From Escherichia coli (GTDB taxonomy: Bacteria; Pseudomonadota; Gammaproteobacteria; Enterobacterales; Enterobacteriaceae), in the NCBI RefSeq assembly GCF_003334765.1, contig NZ_QOWT01000008.1: 64,000 bases of DNA; one strand, written 5' to 3'. Below are positions 15,776 to 27,449 of this stretch, piece by piece. The notes under the pieces were generated by a model. The model was not told the DNA's origin. It ran no database searches and saw only the letters and a list, made by a program, of their open reading frames with translations. The position numbers were made by a program, and so were the translations under genes. Position 1 is the stretch's first letter, and each line of letters opens with the position of its first letter.

Positions 15776-17065
15776 ATGACGCGCCGTGCTATCGGGGTGA
15801 GTGAAAGACCGCCACTTTTACAGACAATCCCGCTTAGTTTGCAACATTTGTTCGCCATGTTTGGTGCAACCGTCCTGGTGCCCGTCTTATTTCATATTAA
15901 CCCGGCGACTGTACTGTTATTTAACGGTATTGGAACGCTGCTGTATCTCTTCATCTGTAAAGGGAAAATTCCGGCTTATCTTGGTTCCAGCTTTGCCTTT
16001 ATTTCACCGGTATTGTTACTGTTGCCGTTAGGGTATGAAGTCGCGCTGGGCGGCTTTATTATGTGCGGCGTGCTGTTCTGCCTGGTTTCTTTTATCGTGA
16101 AGAAAGCGGGGACCGGCTGGCTGGACGTGCTGTTTCCACCTGCGGCAATGGGCGCAATCGTTGCCGTCATCGGTCTGGAGCTGGCGGGCGTAGCTGCCGG
16201 TATGGCGGGTTTACTCCCGGCTGAAGGGCAAACGCCAGACTCCAAAACCATCATCATCTCTATTACCACCCTGGCGGTCACGGTTTTAGGTTCCGTGCTG
16301 TTTCGTGGTTTCCTGGCAATTATCCCGATTTTAATTGGCGTGCTGGTGGGGTACGCGCTCTCTTTCGCAATGGGAATTGTCGATACCACGCCGATTATTA
16401 ATGCTCACTGGTTTGCGCTGCCAACCCTCTATACGCCGCGCTTCGAGTGGTTTGCCATTCTGACTATTCTGCCAGCGGCGTTAGTGGTTATTGCCGAACA
16501 CGTAGGGCACCTGGTAGTAACGGCTAATATCGTCAAAAAAGATCTGCTGCGCGATCCAGGTCTGCACCGTTCGATGTTTGCTAATGGCTTGTCGACCGTG
16601 ATTTCCGGCTTCTTTGGCTCTACGCCAAATACTACTTACGGAGAAAACATTGGCGTGATGGCGATCACCCGTGTTTACAGTACCTGGGTTATCGGCGGGG
16701 CGGCGATTTTCGCTATCCTGCTTTCCTGCGTCGGTAAACTGGCTGCCGCTATCCAGATGATCCCATTGCCGGTGATGGGCGGCGTTTCGCTGCTGCTTTA
16801 TGGTGTCATCGGTGCTTCCGGTATTCGTGTTTTGATCGAATCGAAAGTGGATTACAACAAAGCACAGAACCTGATCCTGACTTCCGTGATTTTGATCATC
16901 GGCGTCAGTGGCGCGAAGGTAAACATCGGCGCGGCGGAGTTAAAAGGTATGGCGCTGGCGACCATCGTCGGTATCGGCTTAAGTTTGATCTTCAAACTGA
17001 TCAGTGTGCTGCGCCCTGAAGAAGTGGTGCTGGACGCAGAAGACGCGGATATAACAGACAAATAA
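15776..17065 (+). CDS. uraA: Uracil:H+ symporter
   Basis: ORF track 15734..17065; start reset to [21 protein letters not shown] (429 aa); polytopic NCS2-family membrane protein. Confidence 0.93.
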   Translation: MTRRAIGVSERPPLLQTIPLSLQHLFAMFGATVLVPVLFHINPATVLLFNGIGTLLYLFICKGKIPAYLGSSFAFISPVLLLLPLGYEVALGGFIMCGVLFCLVSFIVKKAGTGWLDVLFPPAAMGAIVAVIGLELAGVAAGMAGLLPAEGQTPDSKTIIISITTLAVTVLGSVLFRGFLAIIPILIGVLVGYALSFAMGIVDTTPIINAHWFALPTLYTPRFEWFAILTILPAALVVIAEHVGHLVVTANIVKKDLLRDPGLHRSMFANGLSTVISGFFGSTPNTTYGENIGVMAITRVYSTWVIGGAAIFAILLSCVGKLAAAIQMIPLPVMGGVSLLLYGVIGASGIRVLIESKVDYNKAQNLILTSVILIIGVSGAKVNIGAAELKGMALATIVGIGLSLIFKLISVLRPEEVVLDAEDADITDK

Positions 17066-17073
17066 TGTACCGA

Positions 17074-17094
17074 CCGGGCAGTGTTGCTGCCCGG
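17074..17094 (+). terminator. Hairpin downstream of uraA
   Basis: CCGGGCAG-tgtt-gCTGCCCGG, 8-bp stem 9 nt after the uraA stop; weak U-tract. Confidence 0.4.
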
Positions 17095-17159
17095 TTCAAA
17101 CATCATGGGATTCTGTGGTAAACTTCTCGCGATTTTGTGAAATCCTGGTTGAGGTATCT

Positions 17160-17861
17160 CTGAACACACCGGCACAGCTCTCTTTGCCACTTTATCTTCC
17201 TGACGACGAAACCTTTGCAAGTTTCTGGCCGGGGGATAACTCCTCTTTACTGGCCGCGCTGCAAAACGTGCTGCGTCAGGAACATAGCGGTTACATCTAT
17301 CTCTGGGCACGCGAAGGCGCGGGGCGCAGCCATCTGCTGCACGCGGCTTGCGCGGAATTGTCGCAGCGTGGCGATGCGGTGGGCTATGTCCCGCTGGATA
17401 AACGCACCTGGTTTGTTCCGGAAGTGCTCGACGGTATGGAGCATTTGTCGCTGGTCTGTATCGACAACATTGAGTGTATTGCAGGCGATGAGTTGTGGGA
17501 GATGGCGATTTTCGATCTCTACAATCGAATTCTGGAATCGGGCAAAACACGGTTGTTGATCACCGGCGATCGTCCACCGCGGCAGTTGAATCTGGGATTA
17601 CCGGATCTCGCGTCGCGACTCGACTGGGGGCAGATCTACAAATTGCAGCCACTTTCTGATGAAGATAAGTTGCAGGCGCTACAGTTACGCGCGCGTTTGC
17701 GTGGTTTTGAACTGCCGGAAGATGTGGGGCGTTTCTTGCTGAAGCGGCTCGACAGAGAAATGCGCACGCTATTTATGACGTTGGATCAGTTGGATCGTGC
17801 GTCGATTACCGCGCAACGTAAGCTGACCATTCCGTTTGTGAAAGAAATTCTGAAGTTGTAG
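17160..17861 (+). CDS. hda: DnaA-inactivating AAA+ protein Hda
   Basis: ORF track 17115..17861 (GTG, 248 aa); a 233-aa form would start at CTG 17160 preceded by GAGG; I recall CUG initiation being reported for Hda; AAA+ Walker motifs present. Confidence 0.8.
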
Positions 17862-17872
17862 ATAAGGTGTTT

Positions 17873-17972
17873 ATTGTCGGATGCGGCGCGAACGCCTTAT
17901 CCGAACTACGCGAAGTTAATCCATAGTATTCGTAGGCCGGATAAGACGTGGCAAGCGTCGCATCCGGCAATG
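17873..17972. repeat. REP (repetitive extragenic palindrome) pair
   Basis: Two GCCGGATGCGGCG...CGCCTTATCCGG-type palindromic units between hda and yfgD. Confidence 0.75.
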
Positions 17973-17998
17973 TGCTTCAACTAGCGATGGAGCACATC

Positions 17999-18358
17999 TT
18001 AACCCACGATTTCCAGTACCTGCTCCGGTGGACGACCAATCCGCGCTTTGCCATTCGCGACCACAATCGGGCGCTCCATCAGCTTCGGATTATCCACCAT
18101 TGCCTGAATCAGCGCCTCTTCGCTAAGCGAACTGTCAGCCAGGTTCAGTTCTTTATAAAGATCCTCTTTCTGGCGCATCAATTCACGGGCGCTATTCATC
18201 CCCAGTATTTTCAGCAAATCGCGCAGCGTTGCCGCATCGGCGGGTGTCTCAAGGTAGAGCACCACTTCTGGCTCCACGCCGTTTTCTTTCAGCAGGTTCA
18301 GCGTTTCCCGGCTCTTTGAACAGCGTGGGTTATGGTAGATTTTTACCTGTTTGGTCAT
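17999..18358 (-). CDS. yfgD: ArsC/Spx-family thioredoxin-fold protein YfgD
   Basis: 119-aa ORF MTKQVKIYHNPRCSKSRETLNLL... with CxxS redox motif. Confidence 0.88.
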   Translation of the reverse strand: MTKQVKIYHNPRCSKSRETLNLLKENGVEPEVVLYLETPADAATLRDLLKILGMNSARELMRQKEDLYKELNLADSSLSEEALIQAMVDNPKLMERPIVVANGKARIGRPPEQVLEIVG

Positions 18359-18378
18359 TGTTCTTCCTTTAATGCGAA

Positions 18379-19842
18379 TTACATCTTGGTATAAGGCTTA
18401 AAGCGTTCCTGCAGCTGGCGCAACTGGTCGATGCGCGCATCGTAACGCGCTTGTTGCAGGCTGCCTAATTTCACCTGCGAACTGGCGCTACTCAACAGCG
18501 AAATGGCCTGATCGAGTCGTCCGGCGAGCGCATAACCTTCTGCTCGCGCAGCCAGCTCCTGATCGCGGTTATTTAGCGCGGCTTCCGCCTGTGCCAGCAA
18601 ATCCCAGCCGTTGCTGTCATCTTTATTATTAAAGGTGTAGCGATTCAGAATATTGGCCGCTTCTTGTGGTTGACCGCCTTGCAAATAAGCGTTCGCCAGG
18701 TTGAGCTGCAACACCGGATTGGTGCGTAAATCGCGGGCATTTTTCAGACGATTGATCGCCTCATTGGCTTTGTTTTGCCCAAGATCGATATCAGTAGCCA
18801 GATCGAGATACCATGCGTTGCCAGGTTCTGCCGCCAGTAACGGTTGCAGCGTTTTACGCGCCTCGTCGTATTTATTGGCTTCCATCGCCTGTAAAGCACG
18901 ACCATATTGTGCTGCTCGTTGCTGACGAACGTTTCCTTTCGCCCATTCATCCAGCAAATCACTGGTGAGCTGGTTACGTCCGGAATTATACATCCCCAGT
19001 GTGCGCGCTTTCGCCAGATAGAAATCTTCCGACGACTGCACCACCATCGGGCGCATCTGATTAGCACGGTTGCGGGCATCTGCCAGACGACTTTCCGGCA
19101 ACGGGTGAGTCAATAAAATTTCCGGCGGGCGCGAGGAGTAACGCGCCTGATCGAGTAATTTTTCGAGGAAGGTTGGCATCGCCTGCGGATCGAATCCCGA
19201 GCGTTGCAGCACCTGAATACCAATGCGGTCCGCTTCCTGTTCATTTTGCTGGGTGAAACTGATCATCCCCTGACGCGTTCCCGCCAGTGTACCGGTCAGC
19301 GCCGCCATCCCCGCCTGCGGACTGGCCATCGCCAGTAAAATAGAACCTAACGCGCCGACCCAGGTCAGCGGCGCGCTGCGCTGCTGATCTTCCATCGCTC
19401 GCGCCAGGTGACGTTGGGTGACGTGGGAGATTTCGTGCGCCATAACTGAAGCCAGTTGACTTTCGTTATCGGAATAACGGAACAGGGCAGAGTGCAGCAC
19501 CACGTTGCCGCCAAAGAAAGCAAAGGCGTTAATTTCGTCGTTGTTGATCAGAAAAAAATGAAACGGTGTCTTAACCGAATTGGCATGCGAAACCAGACGC
19601 ATCCCCAGCGAATTAATATATTGCGTTAACAGCGGGTCATTAATTAACGGCGCGCTGCCGCGTAGCTGGCGGACATAATAGTCGCCCATCTGCATTTCCT
19701 GACCAATGGAAAGCGTGCTTCCTGCGGAGGTTCCCATATCCGGCAAGGTGTCTGCGCTGTCGGCAAACGCCGGGGCTACCTGACCAATGGTCATAGCAGC
19801 AATGAGGGTTGCAACCAGGTTTTTTTTCAACTGCCTGAACAT
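18379..19842 (-). CDS. bepA: Periplasmic beta-barrel assembly-enhancing protease BepA (M48 peptidase plus TPR)
   Basis: 487-aa ORF with signal peptide and HEISH zinc motif, C-terminal TPR repeats. Confidence 0.92.
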
Positions 19843-19873
19843 AACCTCTATCCTGTATTTCTGGAGATAGTCA

Positions 19874-19902
19874 TTTGACCGATACTGTGAAATATCGTTC
19901 CC
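19874..19902 (-). promoter_or_regulatory. Candidate sigmaE promoter for bepA
   Basis: Minus strand reads GGAACG-N16-GTCAAA (consensus GGAACTT-N16-TCAAA) about 30 nt upstream of the bepA ATG. Confidence 0.55.
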
Positions 19903-20054
19903 ACCGCGCCGCCTTTGAGTGTAACGGCGAAGATTAGCCCACTCAAATGACTTTTCAGTTTCCTGAATCCGTCATAAAAAGCGAAGTCTTTTTTGTGACA
20001 TTTCGATACAATTGCGGATCGCAATCCCGCTCTTGAGGTTCAGGGAAGGTCTTT

Positions 20055-21116
20055 ATGCTCGAAATGTTGATGCAATGGTATCGCCGCCGTTTTAGCGACC
20101 CGGAAGCGATTGCCTTGCTGGTTATTTTAGTTGCCGGATTTGGCATTATCTTTTTCTTTAGTGGCCTGCTTGCTCCGTTGCTGGTGGCTATTGTGCTGGC
20201 CTATTTGCTGGAATGGCCAACCGTGCGTCTGCAATCTATTGGCTGCTCCCGCCGCTGGGCGACGTCGATTGTATTGGTGGTTTTCGTCGGTATATTGCTA
20301 CTGATGGCGTTCGTGGTACTGCCTATCGCCTGGCAACAGGGCATCTACTTAATCCGCGATATGCCGGGGATGCTCAATAAGCTTTCTGACTTTGCCGCCA
20401 CGTTGCCGCGCCGCTATCCGGCGTTAATGGACGCGGGCATTATTGATGCAATGGCCGAAAATATGCGCAGTCGGATGCTGACCATGGGCGATTCGGTGGT
20501 GAAAATTTCCCTCGCCTCGCTGGTCGGTTTGCTGACCATAGCCGTCTATCTGGTGCTGGTGCCATTGATGGTCTTCTTCCTGCTGAAAGACAAAGAGCAG
20601 ATGCTGAACGCCGTTCGCCGGGTGCTGCCGCGTAACCGTGGGCTGGCAGGACAGGTGTGGAAGGAGATGAATCAACAAATCACCAACTATATCCGCGGCA
20701 AAGTGCTGGAGATGATCGTGGTGGGGATCGCCACCTGGCTGGGGTTCTTGCTCTTCGGGCTGAACTATTCGCTGCTGCTGGCAGTGCTGGTCGGCTTCTC
20801 GGTTCTTATTCCGTACATTGGCGCATTTGTGGTGACCATTCCGGTGGTTGGCGTGGCGCTATTCCAGTTTGGCGCAGGTACTGAATTCTGGAGCTGCTTC
20901 GCGGTGTATCTGATTATTCAGGCGCTGGACGGCAACCTGTTAGTGCCGGTGTTGTTCTCCGAAGCGGTTAACCTGCATCCGCTGGTGATTATTTTATCGG
21001 TGGTGATCTTCGGTGGTTTGTGGGGATTCTGGGGCGTATTCTTCGCCATTCCGTTGGCGACGCTGATCAAAGCCGTGATTCATGCCTGGCCCGATGGGCA
21101 AATCGCGCAAGAATAA
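20055..21116 (+). CDS. perM: AI-2E/PerM family membrane transporter (YfgO)
   Basis: 353-aa polytopic membrane ORF MLEMLMQWYRRRFSDPEAIALLVIL.... Confidence 0.88.
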   Translation: MLEMLMQWYRRRFSDPEAIALLVILVAGFGIIFFFSGLLAPLLVAIVLAYLLEWPTVRLQSIGCSRRWATSIVLVVFVGILLLMAFVVLPIAWQQGIYLIRDMPGMLNKLSDFAATLPRRYPALMDAGIIDAMAENMRSRMLTMGDSVVKISLASLVGLLTIAVYLVLVPLMVFFLLKDKEQMLNAVRRVLPRNRGLAGQVWKEMNQQITNYIRGKVLEMIVVGIATWLGFLLFGLNYSLLLAVLVGFSVLIPYIGAFVVTIPVVGVALFQFGAGTEFWSCFAVYLIIQALDGNLLVPVLFSEAVNLHPLVIILSVVIFGGLWGFWGVFFAIPLATLIKAVIHAWPDGQIAQE

Positions 21117-21120
21117 TCTT

Positions 21121-21155
21121 CAGCCCGACGAACTGTTTCGCCGGGCTGATTTTTC
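21121..21155 (+). terminator. Rho-independent terminator after perM
   Basis: CAGCCCGACG-aactgtttcg-CCGGGCTG followed by ATTTTT; abuts the focB stop on the other strand. Confidence 0.55.
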
Positions 21156-22002
21156 AGGGTTCCTGACGTAAATAAATAGCCCGATAACACATACTCACCA
21201 GCACCGCACCGCCGATAATATTACCCAGCATCACCGGGAGCAGATTGGCGGTAATAAAATGGCTGACCGTCAGTGCCGGAAAATTGTCTGCGCTACTGTG
21301 CGCCAGCTGCCAGAAGGGGGGAGGGGCGAAATGGCGAATGGCAATGGCGAACGGAATCACAAACAAATTGGCGATACAGTGCTCAAAGCCACTGGCGACA
21401 AACAGGGTGATGGGCAAAATCATGGCGACGATTTTGTCGCATAACGAACGCCCGCAATAACTCATCCACAGCGCCAGGCAAACCATCAGATTGCACATAA
21501 TGCCGAGGCTGACAGATTCAGTAAATGTATGATGCATTTTGCCCTCGGCGCAGTGTAAAACCGCGACTCCCCACATCGCGTTTTCACTCATCACCAGCCC
21601 GGAAAACCAGATTAACAAACTGAAACAGGCAATACCTGCCAGATTACCGCAGGCCACCAGAAGTGCGTTAATCAGCCAAGTTCGCCAACTAATAACGCCC
21701 CGACTTTTTGCCATCACCGTCATTACCGACGAGGTGAACAGGCTGGTGCCGCAAACCGCCAGCAAAATAAAGCCGAGTGTAAAGCAAAGGCCGCCCACCA
21801 GATGGGTTAATGCCTGTGAAGACGGGGCATCGGCGATAACGGAAAGGTAAAAAGTAAATCCGATCGCCATAAACACGCCAGCGGACATCGCCATTAAAAA
21901 GACCGACACTTTACTGCGGGCAATTTTATGGGCGGCAATCCGTTCAGCGATTGCCGCTTTTCTGGCGCTCAACTGCAAGTCGAAAGAGAGTTTGTTTCTC
22001 AT
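21154..22002 (-). CDS. focB: Formate channel FocB (FNT family)
   Basis: 282-aa membrane ORF directly downstream of hyfR; FNT-family TM pattern. Confidence 0.9.
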   Translation of the reverse strand: MRNKLSFDLQLSARKAAIAERIAAHKIARSKVSVFLMAMSAGVFMAIGFTFYLSVIADAPSSQALTHLVGGLCFTLGFILLAVCGTSLFTSSVMTVMAKSRGVISWRTWLINALLVACGNLAGIACFSLLIWFSGLVMSENAMWGVAVLHCAEGKMHHTFTESVSLGIMCNLMVCLALWMSYCGRSLCDKIVAMILPITLFVASGFEHCIANLFVIPFAIAIRHFAPPPFWQLAHSSADNFPALTVSHFITANLLPVMLGNIIGGAVLVSMCYRAIYLRQEP

Positions 22003-22023
22003 GCATACTCCTGCAAAAGCAGA

Positions 22024-24036
22024 TTACAACACCTCGCGAACCGAGATCCCCAGCCGCTGCATTCGTGACAGCAGCGTGGTGCGCTTCATCCCTAATCGCG
22101 TCGCTGCGCCACGGGGCCCGGCAACAATGCCATTGGTTTCTCGCAATACCTGAACAATGCGCTGACGTTCTTCTTCGTCATTCTCTGGCGTCGTCGGGTG
22201 CAGTAACTGCGCCATTGAACTGCGAAGCGCTGAATCTTCATTTAGCGTCGGCAGTAAACGGCTTTGTCGGACATTTAGATGTAAATTCAGACTGTTACCA
22301 CGAGTCAACAGTACCGCCCGCTCAATCACGTTTTCCAGCTCGCGCACGTTGCCCGGCCAATCCCACGACATCAACTGGCGTAGTGCCTCGGTCGGGATGG
22401 CGTCAATTGCGCGATTCATATGGCGCGCCATTTTTTGCGTGAAATGTTTTGCTAAAAGAGGGATATCTTCCGGACGGTCGCGTAGCGGCGGCAATTCCAG
22501 TGGGAAGACATTCAGGCGATAAAAGAGATCGCTGCGAAACTGGCGATCTTCAACCATTTGCCACAAATCACGGTTGGTGGCGGCAATGACTCTGACATTC
22601 ACCGGGATCGTTCTACTCCCGCCGAGACGCTCAATCTCCCGCTCCTGCAATACGCGCAGCAGTTTAGGCTGAAGTTCTAACGGCAGATCGCCAATTTCAT
22701 CGAGAAACAACGTGCCGCCATCGGCAATTTCAAAACGACCACGATGGGTATTAATCGCACCAGTAAACGCCCCTTTGTCATGACCGAATAACTCACTTTC
22801 CAGAAGACTGGCGGGGATGGCAGCGCAGTTGATTTTGACCAGCGGCTTGTCGCGTCGCGGGCTAAGTTGATGGATCGCTCTGGCGATCACCTCTTTGCCA
22901 GTTCCGGTTTCACCACAAATCAACACCGTACTGTCGCTCTTCGCCACAATATCTACCTGCTGGAGCAGGTCTTCCATTGCCTGGCTTTGATAGATAATGT
23001 CACCGATGCCCAGATTCGAAAGGAGCTGCTCGCTAAGCTGGTGGTTTTCTTGCTGCAAACTTTCCTGCAAATCGGTCATGCTACGCCAGGCATCGGCATT
23101 GCCAACGGCAATAGCGATGCGATCGGCTATGTGTTGTAGTAGCTGGCAGTTTTCCTCACTAAAGAGAGTGGAAGAGGTATGCGCCAGCAACAATGCACCC
23201 GGTGTATGGTTGCCAAAGGTAAGCGGTATAAGGAGCGCAGATTCGCAGCCGTTAGATGCAAGTAAGAGTAATAACGGGTCGCGTTGCCAGAGAAACAGAT
23301 CATCTGCACGGTGCGTCAAGGTCGGTTGTCGGGTTTGTAGCGTTTGTGTCAGCAATACACTTTCGCCAGGCATACAGCGTGGCAGACACGCACAATGTGA
23401 GGCAGAAAGATCGCTGCACCACAGGCTGAACTTCTCGTTCTTTCGATGATCGCCCAGTACCATACTGACTGAAGCCAGACCGAAAAAATGATGGATCTCA
23501 CGAGCGACGTCAGCGATCAGATCGTCGAGATCAAGATGTGACAGCACTGCATTAGTAATATCAACCAGTACCCGATGATGATCGCGATCTTTCTCCAGCA
23601 AACGCAGCGCCACCTGCTGTTCTTCATCATTGAGCCATGATTGCAGAACCGGGGTGATTATCCGCGCCAGCCAGTTAAACAGTGTGCAATCCTGGGAAGT
23701 AAAACGACTGCCGTGGGTGCGAATAAAGCGTAGCTCCGCCATTCCACTACTGCCGAGAAGGACGGCGTGACGCGAATAATCGACCATCTCGCCCTGATAC
23801 TCTGTTGTTGCCGTCACATCGCTGCCATCATCATGGTAGCGGTAATAGAAGTTGCTTTTGAGAACATGCAGTTCAATAAGTTGTACCGGGCTGAACGGCG
23901 GCGGCAGCGGGATGAAGGCGCGTAATAAAGACGCCTTGCCGTGTTTCTGTGCTAACCGCTCCGCGAGCATTCCGTTTACCGCTTCAATTGTTATTCCTTG
24001 TGGCGGGGCAAACATCGCCTCGTCTGACATAGCCAT
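22024..24036 (-). CDS. hyfR: Sigma54-dependent transcriptional activator HyfR (GAF, AAA+, HTH)
   Basis: ORF track 22024..24039; GESGTGKE and GAFTGA sigma54-interaction motifs; start set to the second Met for 670 aa. Confidence 0.9.
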   Translation of the reverse strand: MAMSDEAMFAPPQGITIEAVNGMLAERLAQKHGKASLLRAFIPLPPPFSPVQLIELHVLKSNFYYRYHDDGSDVTATTEYQGEMVDYSRHAVLLGSSGMAELRFIRTHGSRFTSQDCTLFNWLARIITPVLQSWLNDEEQQVALRLLEKDRDHHRVLVDITNAVLSHLDLDDLIADVAREIHHFFGLASVSMVLGDHRKNEKFSLWCSDLSASHCACLPRCMPGESVLLTQTLQTRQPTLTHRADDLFLWQRDPLLLLLASNGCESALLIPLTFGNHTPGALLLAHTSSTLFSEENCQLLQHIADRIAIAVGNADAWRSMTDLQESLQQENHQLSEQLLSNLGIGDIIYQSQAMEDLLQQVDIVAKSDSTVLICGETGTGKEVIARAIHQLSPRRDKPLVKINCAAIPASLLESELFGHDKGAFTGAINTHRGRFEIADGGTLFLDEIGDLPLELQPKLLRVLQEREIERLGGSRTIPVNVRVIAATNRDLWQMVEDRQFRSDLFYRLNVFPLELPPLRDRPEDIPLLAKHFTQKMARHMNRAIDAIPTEALRQLMSWDWPGNVRELENVIERAVLLTRGNSLNLHLNVRQSRLLPTLNEDSALRSSMAQLLHPTTPENDEEERQRIVQVLRETNGIVAGPRGAATRLGMKRTTLLSRMQRLGISVREVL

Positions 24037-24065
24037 CAACAGTCCTTATTAATGAGAAATCCTTC

Positions 24066-24479
24066 TCACGCAATTTTTCTGGCCATCAGATAGATGGCCG
24101 GTTCCTGCACAATTTCATCCAACAGATGAATGAATTGAATGCTACGCGCCTGCCACACAGACGTCGCGTCATCCGCCAGTGGCGCGAATGCCCGGGTCAA
24201 CAGGGCGGTGTGGCTGGCGTCAATAACAATCTCACCAAAAGTCATCACCCCCAGCATCTTACGTCGGGCTTGCTCCTCTTCGACCAGTGCAAGCCAATCT
24301 TCGTATTCCGTCAGTGGGCAGCGGAAGGCGACATTCAGACAATCAATCACGCCAACGTGATGGCCGATAGCTAGCGAGTAATACATTACCTGAGAGCTGT
24401 GTTCCGGCATCTCGTCGCTACTGGCGACAAACTTTTTTCGCAGCGTCCAGAAAACAATTTCCCCGCACTCTTCAGTCAT
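24066..24479 (-). CDS. hyfJ: Hydrogenase-4 component J (HycH-like maturation factor)
   Basis: ORF track 24066..24542; start reset to [11 protein letters not shown] (137 aa), overlapping the hyfI stop. Confidence 0.8.
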   Translation of the reverse strand: MTEECGEIVFWTLRKKFVASSDEMPEHSSQVMYYSLAIGHHVGVIDCLNVAFRCPLTEYEDWLALVEEEQARRKMLGVMTFGEIVIDASHTALLTRAFAPLADDATSVWQARSIQFIHLLDEIVQEPAIYLMARKIA

Positions 24480-25230
24480 GTAACCCCCGGAGTACGCGAA
24501 AGAGTTGCTGAACGATACTATTGAGACGTGGATCGTCGGCATCGCGCAACCAGGTGTTAACCCGATTTCCTGTAGGAGCGTCGCTTAAATGGCGCAGGAG
24601 CCGATCGCAAATTTCTCGCCCCTGACGATAGCCCGCCAGCCGCCGCGCTTCTCGCTCAATGGCGATACGCTGTGATGGCGGGATCTGCGGCCACAACGGT
24701 TGCATAGTCACCCCGGTGGGATCGCGATAATCCACAGCGTGAATCTTCTGTTGCAGCAAACCGAGCGCCACGGCGAAACCGTGAATGGTGGCGGCCGGTG
24801 TTGGCGGGCAGCCGGGGATCCAAACATCAATGGGGACAATGGTGTCGCTACCGCCCCAGACGCTGTAGAGATCGTGGAAAATACCGCCGCCGACACCGCA
24901 CGCGCCGTAGGAAACACAAATTTTATGATCGGGGGCAGACTCATACGCCCGAAGTGCAGGCATACGCATCGCCCGGGTGACTGCGCCAGTAAATAACAAA
25001 ATATCGGCGTGACGCGGTGATGAAACAACCTTAATGCCAAAACGTTCTGCGTCGAATACTGGTGTAATGGCAGCAAAAATTTCGATTTCACAGGCGTTGC
25101 AGCCGCCGCAATCGACGCGATAAACGTAAGCCGAGCGACGGATATCCTGTAGCAAATGCCGCTTCATCTTTTGCGTTTGCTCGTCCAGCGTGATGGGCTG
25201 GCTGACATGTTGTGTAAGCACTGGACTCAT
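24472..25230 (-). CDS. hyfI: Hydrogenase-4 small subunit (NuoB-like, Fe-S)
   Basis: 252-aa ORF with conserved Cys ligands characteristic of NuoB/HycG family. Confidence 0.9.
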
Positions 25231-25772
25231 AGCTGCTCCTTAGCCACCAGCAGTACATCTGTATCGTCGTTGATCAGCGTCGCGCGTTGTTTGCATTCCG
25301 GGCAGACGCTCGCTTGCGCCCACAACATTTCGCGGTTTTGTGGCGCATTTTGTTGCTGTGCTAACAATTCAGCAGCCAGTGCGATGGTTTTTTGCGGGGC
25401 AAACGGGCGTTCGCAACGGCTGCAACGTTGTAGATGGAACGTCGCGCGGGTATAGAGATCGGCTTTATTGGTGACGGTCAGTTCAAAGTTATTGGTAAGC
25501 TGGATGGCTCTGGTCGGGCACACTTCTTCACAACGTCCGCAGTAAATACAACGCCCCAGATAGAGCTGCCAGGTGCGCGAATTTTGCTGGTCGTCGGTCT
25601 GGATAGTCAGCGCATTTGCCGGACAAGCACAGGCGCAGGCACCGCAGGCAATACATTGGCTGGGCATCAGGTCCGGTTTTCCGCGAAAGCCAGGGCTGAC
25701 CTCCAGTGGCGCGAAGGGATATTTCACCGTCGCGGTTCCGGCGCGCATAATAGTTTTCAGTAACTTCAGCAT
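25227..25772 (-). CDS. hyfH: Hydrogenase-4 ferredoxin-like subunit (2x[4Fe-4S])
   Basis: 181-aa ORF with two CxxCxxCxxxCP motifs. Confidence 0.9.
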
Positions 25773-25781
25773 CTTCTGTCC

Positions 25782-27449
25782 TTACTTCAGCGGCGAACGG
25801 TTACGATCAATGCCGTAGCGTTCGATCTCTTTATACGGCACGGTTTTTGACTGGCGCTTGCGCACATCTACCAGCGTCACACGGTCGGTACAGGAGTAGC
25901 AGGGATCAAGGCTACCGATAATCAGCGGTGCGTCAGAAACGGTATTGCCGCGCAGCATGTAACGCAACACCGGCCAGTTGGCGTAGGTGGCGGCACGGCA
26001 GCGCCAGCGGAACAATTTTTGGTTATCACCGAGCATGCTCCAGTGCACGTCTTCACCGCGTGGCGCTTCAACAAAGCCCAGCGCGAATGCGTGAGGTTTA
26101 TAGCTAAAGCCTTCGGTCAGCAGTGGGGTATCCGGCATGTTGTCGAGGGCAAATTCCAGCATTGCCAGCGAATCAAACGTCTCTTTGACACGGACCATCA
26201 CGCGGGAGAAAACATCGCCGCCGGTAAAGGTAAACAGTGTTTTTGGAATATTGCCGTAGTCGGCGTAGGGGTGATCAAAGCGCAAATCACGGGCGATTTG
26301 TCGGTCGAGAATGCCAATGCCCTGAGTGCGTTGTTCCATATTCGGCGTAGCAAGCAGCATCTCTACCAGCTCCGACACGTCGGCGCGCATCTCGCGCACC
26401 AGTTTCAGCGTTTGCAGACGTTGCTCTTTGAGAATATCGCGGCGAACACCACCAATCAGATTCAGACCGTAGGTTTTACGCGACCCGATCAGCAATTCCG
26501 CCATCGTCATCGACTTTTCCCGCACGCGGAAAAATTGCATAAAGCCGGTATCAAAACCAACGAAATGGCAGGAGAGGCCAAGGTTAAGCAAATGACTGTG
26601 TAGCCGTTCGACTTCCAGCAGAATCGAGCGAATAGTATGTGCTCGTTGCGGCACCTCAATCCCCAGTGCATTTTCAACCGAATTGGTATAGGCCACACTG
26701 TGGGCAAAACCGCAAATCCCACACACGCGGTCCGATAAGAAGGTCACTTCGTTGTAGCCCATCCGCGTTTCTGCCAGTTTCTCCATGCCGCGATGGACAT
26801 AAAACAGGCGGTAATCAGCATCGACAATTTGCTCGCCATCCACAAACAAGCGGAAGTGACCCGGTTCATCGGAGGTGATATGCAGCGGGCCGACAGGGAT
26901 CACCCGCGCATCGCTGTTGCCCTCATTGATAAACGGATACGTTTCGGAATCAGTCGTCGGTTCAGGGCGCAGTCGATAATCCATCGCATCTTTGCGCAGC
27001 GGATGCATATCTTCCGGCCAGTCATCGGGCAACACCAGGCGACGCTGATCCGGCAGGCCAACCGGAATCAGCCCGTACATATCGCGAATTTCTCGCTCGC
27101 CCCAGACCGCGGCAGGGACGCGCGGTGTGACTGACGGAAACTCCCGACTGTCGGCATCGACCAGCGCCTTCACCACAATCCAGCATTTTTCGGCCCCTTC
27201 CATTGAAAGGGCATAATAAACCGCGTAATGACCGTTAAGTGTCCGCTCGTCGTTGCCAAACAGGACCGGAAGCCAGCCATCATGTTGATAATAAAGATAC
27301 TGTACAACGTCAGGCAGCAGATTGATTTTCACCGCAATGGTGACCTGTTCAGGCGTTTGTCGCTCTTCATCCAGCACCGCGCCGGGGAACTGCGTTTTCA
27401 GGGCGGCGAGAATCGCTTCGCCACGATTTGACGATGAATTAACGTTCAC
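25782..27449 (-). CDS. hyfG: Hydrogenase-4 [NiFe] large subunit
   Basis: ORF track 25782..27494; start reset to GTG at 27447-27449 preceded by GGAG (555 aa); C-terminal DPCYSCTDR Ni-binding motif. Confidence 0.9.
   Translation of the reverse strand: MNVNSSSNRGEAILAALKTQFPGAVLDEERQTPEQVTIAVKINLLPDVVQYLYYQHDGWLPVLFGNDERTLNGHYAVYYALSMEGAEKCWIVVKALVDADSREFPSVTPRVPAAVWGEREIRDMYGLIPVGLPDQRRLVLPDDWPEDMHPLRKDAMDYRLRPEPTTDSETYPFINEGNSDARVIPVGPLHITSDEPGHFRLFVDGEQIVDADYRLFYVHRGMEKLAETRMGYNEVTFLSDRVCGICGFAHSVAYTNSVENALGIEVPQRAHTIRSILLEVERLHSHLLNLGLSCHFVGFDTGFMQFFRVREKSMTMAELLIGSRKTYGLNLIGGVRRDILKEQRLQTLKLVREMRADVSELVEMLLATPNMEQRTQGIGILDRQIARDLRFDHPYADYGNIPKTLFTFTGGDVFSRVMVRVKETFDSLAMLEFALDNMPDTPLLTEGFSYKPHAFALGFVEAPRGEDVHWSMLGDNQKLFRWRCRAATYANWPVLRYMLRGNTVSDAPLIIGSLDPCYSCTDRVTLVDVRKRQSKTVPYKEIERYGIDRNRSPLK

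Noticed and set aside
14953-15858. 301-aa minus-strand ORF spanning upp and the upp-uraA junction
   Set aside because: Crosses an intergenic terminator region and is antisense to two well-supported genes; spurious.
26019-26603. 194-aa plus-strand ORF inside hyfG
   Set aside because: Antisense to the [NiFe] large-subunit gene; spurious.
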